Of a stretch of 64,000 bases of DNA, positions 47,904 to 55,947 are shown in pieces. Every line of letters begins with the position of its first letter. The first letter of the stretch is position 1. The position numbers and the translations under genes were made by a program. This stretch comes from a virus. Taxonomy: Duplodnaviria > Caudoviricetes. Location of the stretch: the IMG/VR virus record IMGVR_UViG_3300023235_001725; one strand, 5' to 3'. The notes under the pieces are model-generated. The model was not told the origin of the DNA and made no database searches. It was given only the letters and a program-made list of their open reading frames with translations.

Positions 47904-48299
47904 TTACCCCAATATTTTTTGAACCCAATCAGGTAATTTACTAAATTTAATTAATTTACATTTTACTGTTGGTAAATTATTTCTAATTGATTTTTGAATC
48001 CTGTGATTTCCATCAAGAATATATTTAATAGATTTATCATCATTCATCAAAATCAATACTGGGTATTGTATGTCGGATTTTTCTATTTTATCAATTTCTT
48101 CTGTGTTTCCGTCCCAAGTTAATACAATATTTTTTAGTTTATTGGTATCCATTTCTTGAACTTTAATGTTTTTTGTAAGGTCTAATATCTGAACTAACGT
48201 AACTGTTTGGTTGTCATTATTTGTCCAAGATGTATCTTCTAAACCTTCATTCAAAAATTCTCTTATAGTTGTTTTAATAAATCCTCTCAAATCTTTCAT
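47904..48299 (-). CDS. ParB/Srx-like cassette protein
   Basis: MKDLRGFIKTTIREFLNE; YPVLI, ILDGNHRIQK; TATTTATA at 48314-48321. Confidence 0.75.
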   Translation of the reverse strand: MKDLRGFIKTTIREFLNEGLEDTSWTNNDNQTVTLVQILDLTKNIKVQEMDTNKLKNIVLTWDGNTEEIDKIEKSDIQYPVLILMNDDKSIKYILDGNHRIQKSIRNNLPTVKCKLIKFSKLPDWVQKILG

Positions 48300-48502
48300 T
48301 GTTTTCTTTTATATATAAATACTTAGAATTTAAATTTTTGTTTATTTCTTCGTATCAACATTTTACCTTAATTAACCACACCCACACATAACAACGTGTA
48401 TAATAAAGTTTGCTATCAAGTTCAGTGGTAATTTAAAAGTTCATCTAAGCAAACCTTCTCATACACCCATTCGTTACCCACAATGTAAAAAGCCGCCAAG
48501 CT

Positions 48503-49021
48503 TTACGGCTGTATGTTTAGCAACTCTTTTTCTCTTTTTCTAATACTTCTATAATCTATAAAGTTATGTGTTCCTTTATTCGCTTTTTCGCCAAATATTA
48601 TAATACTCATTCCCATCCATAAACCTCGTGGTTCATCATTAAAATTTACTTCACCGTTTATAAAACGTATTTCTGCATCAATCATAGTTTCTGCCCACCA
48701 TTTTGTATTACTTCTTACTGGTATTAAGCAAACTTTTGTGCCACCATTTATTAACGCTTCGTTATGTGCTTTTTTAACCCATTTACTTAAATTTCTATCA
48801 AATGGAGGGTTCATCCAACAATTACCAATCCAATCTTTATTTAAAGAATTATCTTCTTTAGTCCAGTATTTTGGTAATTTATGATTTAATGAACTTGCAC
48901 AAACATCAGTAGTTATTGCAAACTCTTTTATTAAAGGTTGTACAATCGTTTTAGGTGTACTATACTCAATGCTTTTACTCTCAAAAGAGTTGTTTTTATT
49001 TCCAATTTTATCTATTCCCAT
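48503..49021 (-). CDS. Phage-type DNA N6-adenine methyltransferase (Dam_phage family)
   Basis: EYSTP, DVCAS, CWMNPPF, LIPVRSNTKWW. Confidence 0.88.
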   Translation of the reverse strand: MGIDKIGNKNNSFESKSIEYSTPKTIVQPLIKEFAITTDVCASSLNHKLPKYWTKEDNSLNKDWIGNCWMNPPFDRNLSKWVKKAHNEALINGGTKVCLIPVRSNTKWWAETMIDAEIRFINGEVNFNDEPRGLWMGMSIIIFGEKANKGTHNFIDYRSIRKREKELLNIQP

Positions 49022-49207
49022 TCTGTATGTATTTGCCCTCGTACCTCACGCACGGCTTTTTAAAAAGTGGGTAACACCGTATAAAAAACATTGCTAAATT
49101 GTGCAATATCAAAGGTCTGTTAATATTAATTTACTTTATTTCTAATCGTTAATTCTGTGCTTTCTAAACGCAACATTTCTTATACATGTACGTTAGCAGA
49201 AATAAAA

Positions 49208-49414
49208 TTATCCAGCCACCACACCATCAATAACCTTTCGTAGTTCAACATTTATTTCATCTCGCAAGTCCAACAATTCATCCATTGTTAAGTAACTTAA
49301 ACTATCTTCATTCAGCCATAGTTCAAATGACCTTCTACCAGTTGAATGATAGATACGAATTGTTTCAATCTTCGTTTTCAGTGTTTCCGTTTGTCCCCCG
49401 TCTTTGATTTTCAT
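49208..49414 (-). CDS. Hypothetical cassette protein
   Basis: Single ORF between two attC-type sites. Confidence 0.65.
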   Translation of the reverse strand: MKIKDGGQTETLKTKIETIRIYHSTGRRSFELWLNEDSLSYLTMDELLDLRDEINVELRKVIDGVVAG

Positions 49415-49523
49415 TTTTGTTTCAATTTATATTTACGAGCATCCCACGCTCAAAAGGGATAATTTTACATCTGCTAATGCTAACAACGTATAAAGTGCAT
49501 TAAAACGCCACTTATACTAAGCA

Positions 49524-49724
49524 TTAGCAAACATTAAAATCCACCTCTCTACCTTCTCCGCAAATATGGTAAAAGTCTTCTTTGTGGGCTTGCTCTCCTT
49601 TTTTCCAAACCCTTATATAAACATTTCTCGTAATTTTATTTCTCCTTGCTTTTATACCGTTTAGCTCTCCGTACTCAAACGGTTTGCTAACAAAGTATAA
49701 ATAACATTGCTTAATTAGGTTCAT
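49524..49724 (-). CDS. Hypothetical cassette protein starting inside an attC-type site
   Basis: MNLIKQCYLYFVSKP; N-terminus encoded by the palindrome arm. Confidence 0.6.
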   Translation of the reverse strand: MNLIKQCYLYFVSKPFEYGELNGIKARRNKITRNVYIRVWKKGEQAHKEDFYHICGEGREVDFNVC

Positions 49725-49783
49725 AGTTTTAAATTTAGTGCTGCAAGTCGCAACGTTTCTTATACTAGTCATTAGCACCAATA

Positions 49784-50359
49784 CTACGAAAGTACTTCGA
49801 TTGAAAGTATTTTAATTTTAGTTTCATCGAATATCAATAAATTTAATTCTTTTGTTTCGATGATATATGTTCCGTCATAACCATTAAGTTTCAACCAATC
49901 ATATACCCAAGTTTGCTCAATTGATGAATAATCACCATCCAATAAATTATTATACTTTCTATCAATGTCATCATCAGGAAATTTATCCTCGATATATTCT
50001 AAAAGATTTTTACCAATTACATAATATTCTACGCCAATTTTATCATTTACTTTACTTTTTTCATAATACATTAATAAATCATAGGTTGATGGTAACTTTC
50101 TAAAATCTATAATATTATTAGTTAAAACTTGAATTTTGTAAATATGTGGTGAATAATTACCAGCATAGTATTTAGCAAATTCAATATTTGATGTTAAAAA
50201 TATTGGTGATTTGTAATTTATATCAAATAAAGTTCCGTTTTTTATCTTGAATTTATCGAATTTTTCTTTAGAACCGTGATACCAAGTATTATCATTTACT
50301 ATAAGTTGCTCATTAAGATATTCTCTAATCGTTGTCACTATAAACTTTCTCAATTCCAT
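49784..50359 (-). CDS. ADP-ribosyltransferase-fold-like cassette protein
   Basis: Start MELRKFIVTTIREYLNE; WYHGS..F..F, IFLTSNIEFAKYY, GYDG, LLIFD motifs. Confidence 0.6.
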   Translation of the reverse strand: MELRKFIVTTIREYLNEQLIVNDNTWYHGSKEKFDKFKIKNGTLFDINYKSPIFLTSNIEFAKYYAGNYSPHIYKIQVLTNNIIDFRKLPSTYDLLMYYEKSKVNDKIGVEYYVIGKNLLEYIEDKFPDDDIDRKYNNLLDGDYSSIEQTWVYDWLKLNGYDGTYIIETKELNLLIFDETKIKILSIEVLS

Positions 50360-50562
50360 TCTTTTATATATAGATATTCCAAAATTAAATTTCTGACAAA
50401 CAAACCGTACTGGTGCTAACGCTATGTATATTCCAGTTTTGTGAAAAACAAAACCGATAACATACATTTAACGTTATGCTCCATGCCTTAGTTCAGTTCT
50501 TCAATTTAACATTTGTGATAAAAAACAAAAAGAATTTTGCCAACGCACCTTATTTTTCAAGA

Positions 50563-51081
50563 CTATCTCTGTTTATTAATTTCTTTCATCACTTCACTAT
50601 AATTCATATTAGGTTCGACATCGTAATAATTAATTACATCCTTAAAAACATCTTCACCATCAAATCCATCTCCAAGTATAAAATTTGAACTTTTAAACAC
50701 TACAAGTTCTTGTTGTAGACTATCTTTATGATGCCAAGAAATATCTTCAATTTCTTCAATAGCCTTATTGAACGATTTTTCATCATCAAATCCATATCCT
50801 GATAAACCCCATTCGGGTTCACTATTCCACATACCATTTGTAACATCTTTTCTTGGTGGATATGGTACATATTTACCGTCCCCAACTCTCTCGTTGTAAT
50901 CATCCATAGCATCTTTCTCCGTTTCAAACCATGCTTGCATATTTCCACTAAAATTACGTCTAGTATCATCATCTGCATCGCTTGTCCATCTTAGAAAATA
51001 TTTGGAATTATTAAGATTTTCATTTACAAATTCCTTAAAGTTCTTAACTTTATCAATCATTTTTCTCACATCTTCGCTCAT
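50563..51081 (-). CDS. Hypothetical cassette protein
   Basis: Start MSEDVRKMIDKVKNFKEFVNE. Confidence 0.7.
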   Translation of the reverse strand: MSEDVRKMIDKVKNFKEFVNENLNNSKYFLRWTSDADDDTRRNFSGNMQAWFETEKDAMDDYNERVGDGKYVPYPPRKDVTNGMWNSEPEWGLSGYGFDDEKSFNKAIEEIEDISWHHKDSLQQELVVFKSSNFILGDGFDGEDVFKDVINYYDVEPNMNYSEVMKEINKQR

Positions 51082-51212
51082 AGTATCTTTATATAAAAAT
51101 AGTTTCAAATAAACATCATCCTTTAATAATTCAACACGTAGCATAACGCTATGTATATTCCAGTTTTGTGAAAAACAAAACCGATAACATACATTTAACG
51201 CTGTGTGTAATG

Positions 51213-51395
51213 CTACACTTTTGTACGTCTTGGCGGTGGCTTAGATTTTTTGGTTCTGATTTCTTGGAAGTCACACTCTTTGTCGTAAAATTTACTACAA
51301 CATCTTGCGCCTATTCCAAACAATGAGCGTTTAATATTTTCATTGGTACACCAAGCACCTTTGTTATTATATTTACAATTTATCTTTCTTTCCAT
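51213..51395 (-). CDS. Hypothetical Cys-rich cassette protein
   Basis: 60-aa ORF between attC-type sites. Confidence 0.6.
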   Translation of the reverse strand: MERKINCKYNNKGAWCTNENIKRSLFGIGARCCSKFYDKECDFQEIRTKKSKPPPRRTKV

Positions 51396-51460
51396 TTCAA
51401 TATTATTTAATTAATAATCCGCACTACACACAGCACTTTGTATAGTGCATAGTTCGTTCC

Positions 51461-51706
51461 TCACAACGCCACCATACAAGGGGCGTTGCCATTAGAGTTT
51501 AACCAAACATAAGCTGTCGGGTCATACTTTTTTGGCTTTCCTAAATATTGGCTTTTATCGCAAACCTTACACTCTCGTCTAAATCCTTGTTCGTATATCT
51601 GTTTACATTTTTTATCTTTAAATCTAGTCCATTTGCTTATCTCCCAAAAGTGTAAGGAAAAACGGCAACTAACATTGTATAAAAAACATTGCTTAATTCT
51701 ATTCAT
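51461..51706 (-). CDS. Hypothetical cassette protein starting inside an attC-type site
   Basis: MNRIKQCFLYNVSCRF, homologous N-terminus to 49524-49724. Confidence 0.6.
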   Translation of the reverse strand: MNRIKQCFLYNVSCRFSLHFWEISKWTRFKDKKCKQIYEQGFRRECKVCDKSQYLGKPKKYDPTAYVWLNSNGNAPCMVAL

Positions 51707-51761
51707 AATTTTAAATTTAGTGCTGCAAGAACAGGTCTTTGAACTTGGGTCAAATCGTCCA

Positions 51762-52451
51762 TTAAAAAACTCTCTGTGTTAGTCTCTCAAATCCGTCCTT
51801 CCATGTTTCGTGTTTATCAAATCTTTCACCACAACCAGTGGTTCCACCTTTCCAGCTTCCTCTTCTCTTTCCTACTTCTGAAGAGAATTCAACGTCAATT
51901 GTACGACTCACTTGGCTGAACATAGTTGTTCGTTTGAACCATCTCATTCTCCATTCTCTCTCCGAGATGGATATATCGGCATTAACCACGTTCAGTTCTC
52001 CATTTGGAGTGTGCTTATCAACATACGGCATATTAGTTCTCCACATTTTCTCTTTCCATTCGTCTTTATAAAAGTCTTGTTTGTCGCCTTTTATTGAATG
52101 AACCCATGTTCCATCCTTCAGTTTAATGCTGTGGCGAACGTGGTCGAGATTCCAGGGCATATTAATGTATTTAGATTTCTTTCCGTAACGAATAACAAAG
52201 CTCTGACTCTGCCAACCATCCTGATACCAATAACAGCCGTACTGTTCTGAGTCGCCGTAATCCTTTCTCTTGTGTGACCAGGGCATACTCCAAAACAGGC
52301 TCCAGAATAGGAATGCTATATGGATTTGGGGTCTCTCATCATCAGAATACCCGTGGCACTCGTAAGTTAAGTGAAAAGCAACTGGTTTTCCCCAGCTGTA
52401 TCTATAAAATGATATATTATCGTTTTCAAACTTCTTTGTGGGGTTTCGCAT
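51762..52451 (-). CDS. Hypothetical phage protein
   Basis: 229 aa; VEFSSEVGKRRGSWKGGTTGCG. Confidence 0.75.
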   Translation of the reverse strand: MRNPTKKFENDNISFYRYSWGKPVAFHLTYECHGYSDDERPQIHIAFLFWSLFWSMPWSHKRKDYGDSEQYGCYWYQDGWQSQSFVIRYGKKSKYINMPWNLDHVRHSIKLKDGTWVHSIKGDKQDFYKDEWKEKMWRTNMPYVDKHTPNGELNVVNADISISEREWRMRWFKRTTMFSQVSRTIDVEFSSEVGKRRGSWKGGTTGCGERFDKHETWKDGFERLTQRVF

Positions 52452-52523
52452 TCTACAAATGTAATCAATTTTACAAATATAAAAACTGTTCGAAGGGCGG
52501 CCTTTTTCTATCTGTAATTCAAG

Positions 52524-52595
52524 AGGGGCGTAGGGGGTTCGAACCCCTGACGTACAGGGTTAAAGCCTGATGTTCTACCTCTGAACTAACGCCCC
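52524..52595 (-). tRNA. Putative ochre suppressor tRNA (anticodon TTA)
   Basis: GGGGCGT/ACGCCCC acceptor, U73, CAGG-CTTTAAC-CCTG with canonical 7-nt loop, T-loop TTCGAAC. Confidence 0.8.
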
Positions 52596-52789
52596 TTGTG
52601 GTAATGTGCTATCCGATACAGCCAGTCTCCACAATACGGTGAAGATAGAATATCTTTCTTAGCCTGCATAACTCTTCGTAACGAGGAATATGGACCAGAG
52701 TATTTGGTCCAAGCCACCCTGGGGCGATGCTTAGCTGTATAGTTTGAAGTCCATTCTATATAATATCTCGTGTTATCTACAGTAGCCAT
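52586..52789 (-). CDS. Hypothetical protein
   Basis: 67-aa ORF; last codons overlap the tRNA 5' end. Confidence 0.5.
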   Translation of the reverse strand: MATVDNTRYYIEWTSNYTAKHRPRVAWTKYSGPYSSLRRVMQAKKDILSSPYCGDWLYRIAHYHKGR

Positions 52790-52808
52790 AGCATTAAAAT
52801 AGTGGTTA

Positions 52809-53540
52809 CTAACTAGGTTTTGAAGTTATCAACCATTCTTTTAATGTCATGAATTCTTTCACCTTACCTGGGACAGAATTTTCTAGTTTGGCTAACTTTA
52901 TGTTGATTTTATCTTTGTTTTTTCTATCATAGATGTAGTCTATTATGCCTGGATTCTCTTTAAAGTACCATATCGCATATTCTAGTGTTCTCTCTATTTC
53001 TTCATCAATGGTTTTTGATTCATCAATATGCGTCAATACAATGGTTGGAAAATAAGAGCAGCATGGAATGGCGTCATTGCAGTTTGTTGACATATGTATA
53101 CCATACTTTGATTTCTCTGGACTTTCTAACTCGAATATTTCCACGGACAAAGATTCTCCGATACTGTACAAGGATTTCATCCACGAAGGATTTCTTTCTG
53201 GATTAAACTCTGTGTCTTTTACAATGTAAGTCTGTTTTGATATTTTGCTTGCCATTTCTTGCGCTGATTCTTCTTTAGCATTTAATTGGTCTATTTTTTT
53301 AAACACATCTCCATACTCAGAGAAGATTAAATCTGTTTTTTCACAAAACTCATCTATTATATCAAAGAAGTTTGATGCCATTGGGCTCATGTAGTACATC
53401 AGTACAAAGTTGTAAGACATTCTGTCTCCATTCCAGTATTGGACTTCAAAACTAATTTCACCACCCAACTCGGTGCCAAAATTAATATCCACACACTCAA
53501 ACTTGTCATTATAATCCATTACTTTTTTAAACCAATCCAT
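52809..53540 (-). CDS. Hypothetical protein
   Basis: Likely start MDWFKK; long acidic ORF. Confidence 0.7.
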   Translation of the reverse strand: MDWFKKVMDYNDKFECVDINFGTELGGEISFEVQYWNGDRMSYNFVLMYYMSPMASNFFDIIDEFCEKTDLIFSEYGDVFKKIDQLNAKEESAQEMASKISKQTYIVKDTEFNPERNPSWMKSLYSIGESLSVEIFELESPEKSKYGIHMSTNCNDAIPCCSYFPTIVLTHIDESKTIDEEIERTLEYAIWYFKENPGIIDYIYDRKNKDKINIKLAKLENSVPGKVKEFMTLKEWLITSKPS

Positions 53541-53554
53541 TATTTTTTTTGTTT

Positions 53555-53971
53555 TTAATCCTCGCAAGGCAAGTGACCATATTTATGAAAATACTTTAAT
53601 GGACGTTTCAATTTTCCATTAATCCAAAAACCCCATTTTCGTCGTGGCTTAAACGCTAATACAAATGTCCAGCAAGACACATCTTTAGGAAGCACTACAT
53701 TATGTATATGTTCTGCTTTTCTAAAGCGAATGCTTCCTTGTCTTAACTTATCGATTCCATTTGGGCTTATGTCTAAATAGCCTCCTTTCAGTATGAAAGT
53801 GATAAAATCCCAAGCATGGTCATGCTGGTGCGCGATTGGTTCACTTCTTATGAAGTTGTGAACTCGGAACGAAAATAAGTAGAAATTGAACACCCATCTG
53901 TAAGCATACGGGCAACTTTTTTCACCTAAAGCTTCGTTCCATCTGAACTGAATTGGTCTGAACTTTTTCAT
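53555..53971 (-). CDS. Cupin-like phage protein
   Basis: HQHDHAWDFITFILKGGYL, HIHNV, KWGFW. Confidence 0.7.
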   Translation of the reverse strand: MKKFRPIQFRWNEALGEKSCPYAYRWVFNFYLFSFRVHNFIRSEPIAHQHDHAWDFITFILKGGYLDISPNGIDKLRQGSIRFRKAEHIHNVVLPKDVSCWTFVLAFKPRRKWGFWINGKLKRPLKYFHKYGHLPCED

Positions 53972-54090
53972 TTCTTGATTCGGATTATAGCTGAGGGTAC
54001 AGTTTTGTAATCCTCAACAAATGAATAATCTGGGACCATTGTCACGGAGTAGTTCTTATCTTGAAGCCACTCACGGAATTCTTTGTGCAG

Positions 54091-54480
54091 TTAAGTCTCT
54101 CCAACCATCCAAAAAGGAGATGTTAAGCTTGAGATTGTTCCGCCTGGTGCAAGTTGGTCATACATGTGCATGATGTGTTTGCAATCGACATTGTCTCGAA
54201 AGTTAGGACAGGCAATGACGTAATCATATGGTGTCTGGGCTTCGAATCGGAAGAAGTCTGAGCCAACCAACTCATATTCTTTTTCTTTCAGTGTGACTCG
54301 GCATTCTTGATTAAGTTCTACACAGTCAATTTTACACTGTTGGAATTTTTCTTGAACCCCGTCCGCCAATACTCCTGTGCCTGCAGATGGTTCTAGTATT
54401 CTCGCTCCAGGCTTCGGGTTTAATCTCTCACATAAAGCATCAATCACCACTTGGGGTGTAATTCTGTTTGTCTCTACCAT
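54091..54480 (-). CDS. Short class I SAM-dependent methyltransferase-like protein
   Basis: ILEPSAGTG, DCVELN, DF; CPNF in place of NPPF. Confidence 0.7.
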   Translation of the reverse strand: MVETNRITPQVVIDALCERLNPKPGARILEPSAGTGVLADGVQEKFQQCKIDCVELNQECRVTLKEKEYELVGSDFFRFEAQTPYDYVIACPNFRDNVDCKHIMHMYDQLAPGGTISSLTSPFWMVGET

Positions 54481-54502
54481 AGCTTTCGTTTTTTTTATTG
54501 TT

Positions 54503-54593
54503 TGGTGAACGGAATAGGAATCGAACCTACAACTTTTCTTATGGCCGCTAAGCCATCTAGTTTTGCGCCTTCCATCCTTTTAAGTACTCGTTC
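54503..54593 (-). ncRNA. Degenerate tRNA-like RNA, CCA encoded
   Basis: Acceptor GAACGAG/TCCGTTC-A-CCA and T-arm GTAGG-TTCGATT-CCTAT; no canonical anticodon arm. Confidence 0.55.
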
Positions 54594-54634
54594 GAACATT
54601 TCCTTAAAAATCTTGGTGCAATCCGCCCATGTTG

Positions 54635-54686
54635 TGGCGTGGGGAGAAACGAATCTCACGCGAATCTTCTTTCAGATTCTCACGCC
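54635..54686 (-). ncRNA. Mini-tRNA type A
   Basis: GGCGTG acceptor, one hairpin GAATCT..AGATTC, T-like arm GAGA-TTCGTT-TCTC. Confidence 0.65.
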
Positions 54687-54746
54687 ATGTGGGGGAAGTT
54701 GTTTATGAGAACAGCGCCTCCCCAAGCATCTCACTGCTCATTATAA

Positions 54747-54913
54747 TGGTCCCGCGAGAGGGTTCTGCCCCCCATCATTTCTTCAACATCAACTACTAAC
54801 TCACTCTTGTGGCCACGCAAGTGAGTTTTTGTGTTTGCATCCCGAACTGAGTCCTTTCGGTTCGTCTTCCACATTATCAGTGTGGTGCTTTAACATATCT
54901 AAGCTATCGCAGG
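54747..54913 (-). ncRNA. tRNA-Ile(GAT)-like RNA with about 90-nt insertion in variable region, CCA encoded
   Basis: CCTGCGA/TCGCGGG acceptor, CCACA-CTGATAA-TGTGG, insert with TTGCGTGGCCACAAG hairpin, degenerate T-loop. Confidence 0.65.
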
Positions 54914-54919
54914 AAATTG

Positions 54920-55062
54920 TCCTGGAGGAAGGGCTCGAACCCCCGACCCCCACCGTTCGATTCCAATTCTCTACTTCACAACCCTTGTGGCCACGCAGGT
55001 TGCGTTTCAATCCTTTTCCTCATTTATCAGGGTGGTGCTCTAACCAACTGAGCTACTCCAGG
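54920..55062 (-). ncRNA. tRNA-Ile(GAT) with about 70-nt insertion in the anticodon loop
   Basis: CCTGGAG/CTCCAGG, canonical D and T arms, CCACC-CTGATAA-[insert]-GGTGG; insert contains CTGCGTGGCCACAAG. Confidence 0.7.
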
Positions 55063-55065
55063 AAG

Positions 55066-55111
55066 TGCCGCTAACAGGAATCTCACCTATTCTAGTGCTA
55101 ATGCAAGCGGC
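55066..55111 (-). ncRNA. Mini-tRNA type B
   Basis: GCCGCT/AGCGGC stem, connector GCATTAGCACTAG, T-like arm TAGG-TGAGATT-CCTG. Confidence 0.6.
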
Positions 55112-55112
55112 G

Positions 55113-55192
55113 TGGTGGTGAGGGAAGGACTTGAACCTTCGACCTCCAGGGTTTTAAAGCCTGGTGCTCTGAACCAACTGAGCTACCTCACC
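55113..55192 (-). tRNA. Non-canonical tRNA with 9-nt anticodon loop (CTTTAAAAC), CCA encoded
   Basis: GGTGAGG/CCTCACC, canonical D/T arms, CCAGG-CTTTAAAAC-CCTGG. Confidence 0.7.
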
Positions 55193-55195
55193 AAG

Positions 55196-55241
55196 AGGCC
55201 CCAGGAAGACTTTCTCTTCCTCTAGTGCTAATGCAGGGGCC
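55196..55241 (-). ncRNA. Mini-tRNA type B
   Basis: GGCCCC/GGGGCC stem, connector GCATTAGCACTAGA, arm GGAAG-AGAAAGT-CTTCC. Confidence 0.6.
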
Positions 55242-55242
55242 G

Positions 55243-55296
55243 TGGTGGCGTGGGAAGAAACGAATCTCCCGCGAATCCCTAATGGACTCTCACGCC
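55243..55296 (-). ncRNA. Mini-tRNA type A, CCA encoded
   Basis: GGCGTG/CACGCC-A-CCA, hairpin GAGTCC-ATTA-GGGATTC, T-like arm GGAGA-TTCGTT-TCTTC. Confidence 0.68.
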
Positions 55297-55332
55297 TTTT
55301 TTAAATTCCAACACGTCAATGAACTTTTGTTG

Positions 55333-55406
55333 TGACAGGAGAAAGATTCGAACTCTCGTCCCCAGGTTTTTAAGGCCTGGTGCTCTAACCGCTGAGCTAT
55401 CCCGTC
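55333..55406 (-). tRNA. Non-canonical tRNA with 9-nt anticodon loop (CCTTAAAAA)
   Basis: GACGGGA/TCCTGTC, CCAGG-CCTTAAAAA-CCTGG, T-loop TTCGAAT. Confidence 0.7.
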
Positions 55407-55455
55407 TGGTGGCGGATTCAGGACTTTAACCTGAACTGGTGCTTATGCATCCGCC
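55407..55455 (-). ncRNA. Mini-tRNA type B, CCA encoded
   Basis: GGCGGAT/ATCCGCC-A-CCA, connector GCATAAGCACCAGT, arm TCAGG-TTAAAGT-CCTGA. Confidence 0.68.
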
Positions 55456-55459
55456 GTAG

Positions 55460-55506
55460 TGGTGCGGGGACAATCGAATGTCCCATGAGCCAAAAGCTCT
55501 CGCACC
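55460..55506 (-). ncRNA. Mini-tRNA type A
   Basis: GGTGCG/CGCACC-A, hairpin GAGC-TTTT-GGCTC, T-like arm GGACA-TTCGAT-TGTCC. Confidence 0.65.
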
Positions 55507-55527
55507 GTGATATGGAAACCTGCATCA

Positions 55528-55947
55528 TCATGCGGCTTCTTTACAATTACAACTCTTGAGAGTTGGTTGATTCGTAAATTCTTTGAAAGCAAGTGGTAGA
55601 CTAGATAACCAACGGGCAGATTCTTTCCCTGGTTCTACGGTAATAGACGTGAACTGGTTGTCGAGGTCAGGCTCCTGGAAGGAACTGAAATTAATACCTT
55701 TTTGCGTGAGTTTGTCTCGGAGCTCGATGAGTTCTTGCTCGTCTTTGACTGATAAGAATCCTAAATATGGATTCGATAACCATTTTTCATAAATGGCTGT
55801 GTATTCTTGATTGAATACGTGGAATGAATGCATTCCTTGAGTTGCCTGCGCTCCAGGAGCGAGGTCTCGTCTTACGACGATGTAAAGCTTTAAGTTTTTC
55901 TTCTCTGTAGAAGGGTGTACTTACTGGTTGTCTAATGCTTTTTTCAT
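55528..55947 (-). CDS. Pth2-like peptidyl-tRNA hydrolase with in-frame TAA at codon 9
   Basis: MKKALDNQ*VHPSTEKKNLKLYIVVRRDLAPGAQATQGMH...LSVKDEQEL...FQEPDL; no ATG/GTG/TTG between TAA (55921-55923) and the YIVVRRDL motif. Confidence 0.7.

Larger units (their letters stand above)
46970..51728. mobile_element. Integron-like gene-cassette array (attC-type sites, no integrase in window)
   Basis: Imperfect palindromes at 48384-48481, 49067-49199, 49471-49532, 49682-49780, 50411-50480, 51140-51209, 51425-51490, plus half sites at 46970, 47665, 47839 and 51664; the left core of each site is the complement of the right core of the previous site. Confidence 0.75.

Noticed and set aside
45253-50467. 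Extended ORF-track starts at 46962, 49781, 50467 (also 51144, 60655, 32557)
   Set aside because: They run through palindromes, promoters or terminators; downstream ATGs fit motifs and homologous N-termini better
54920-55062. Group I intron in tRNA-Ile
   Set aside because: The insert is about 70 nt and lacks P7/R/S core motifs
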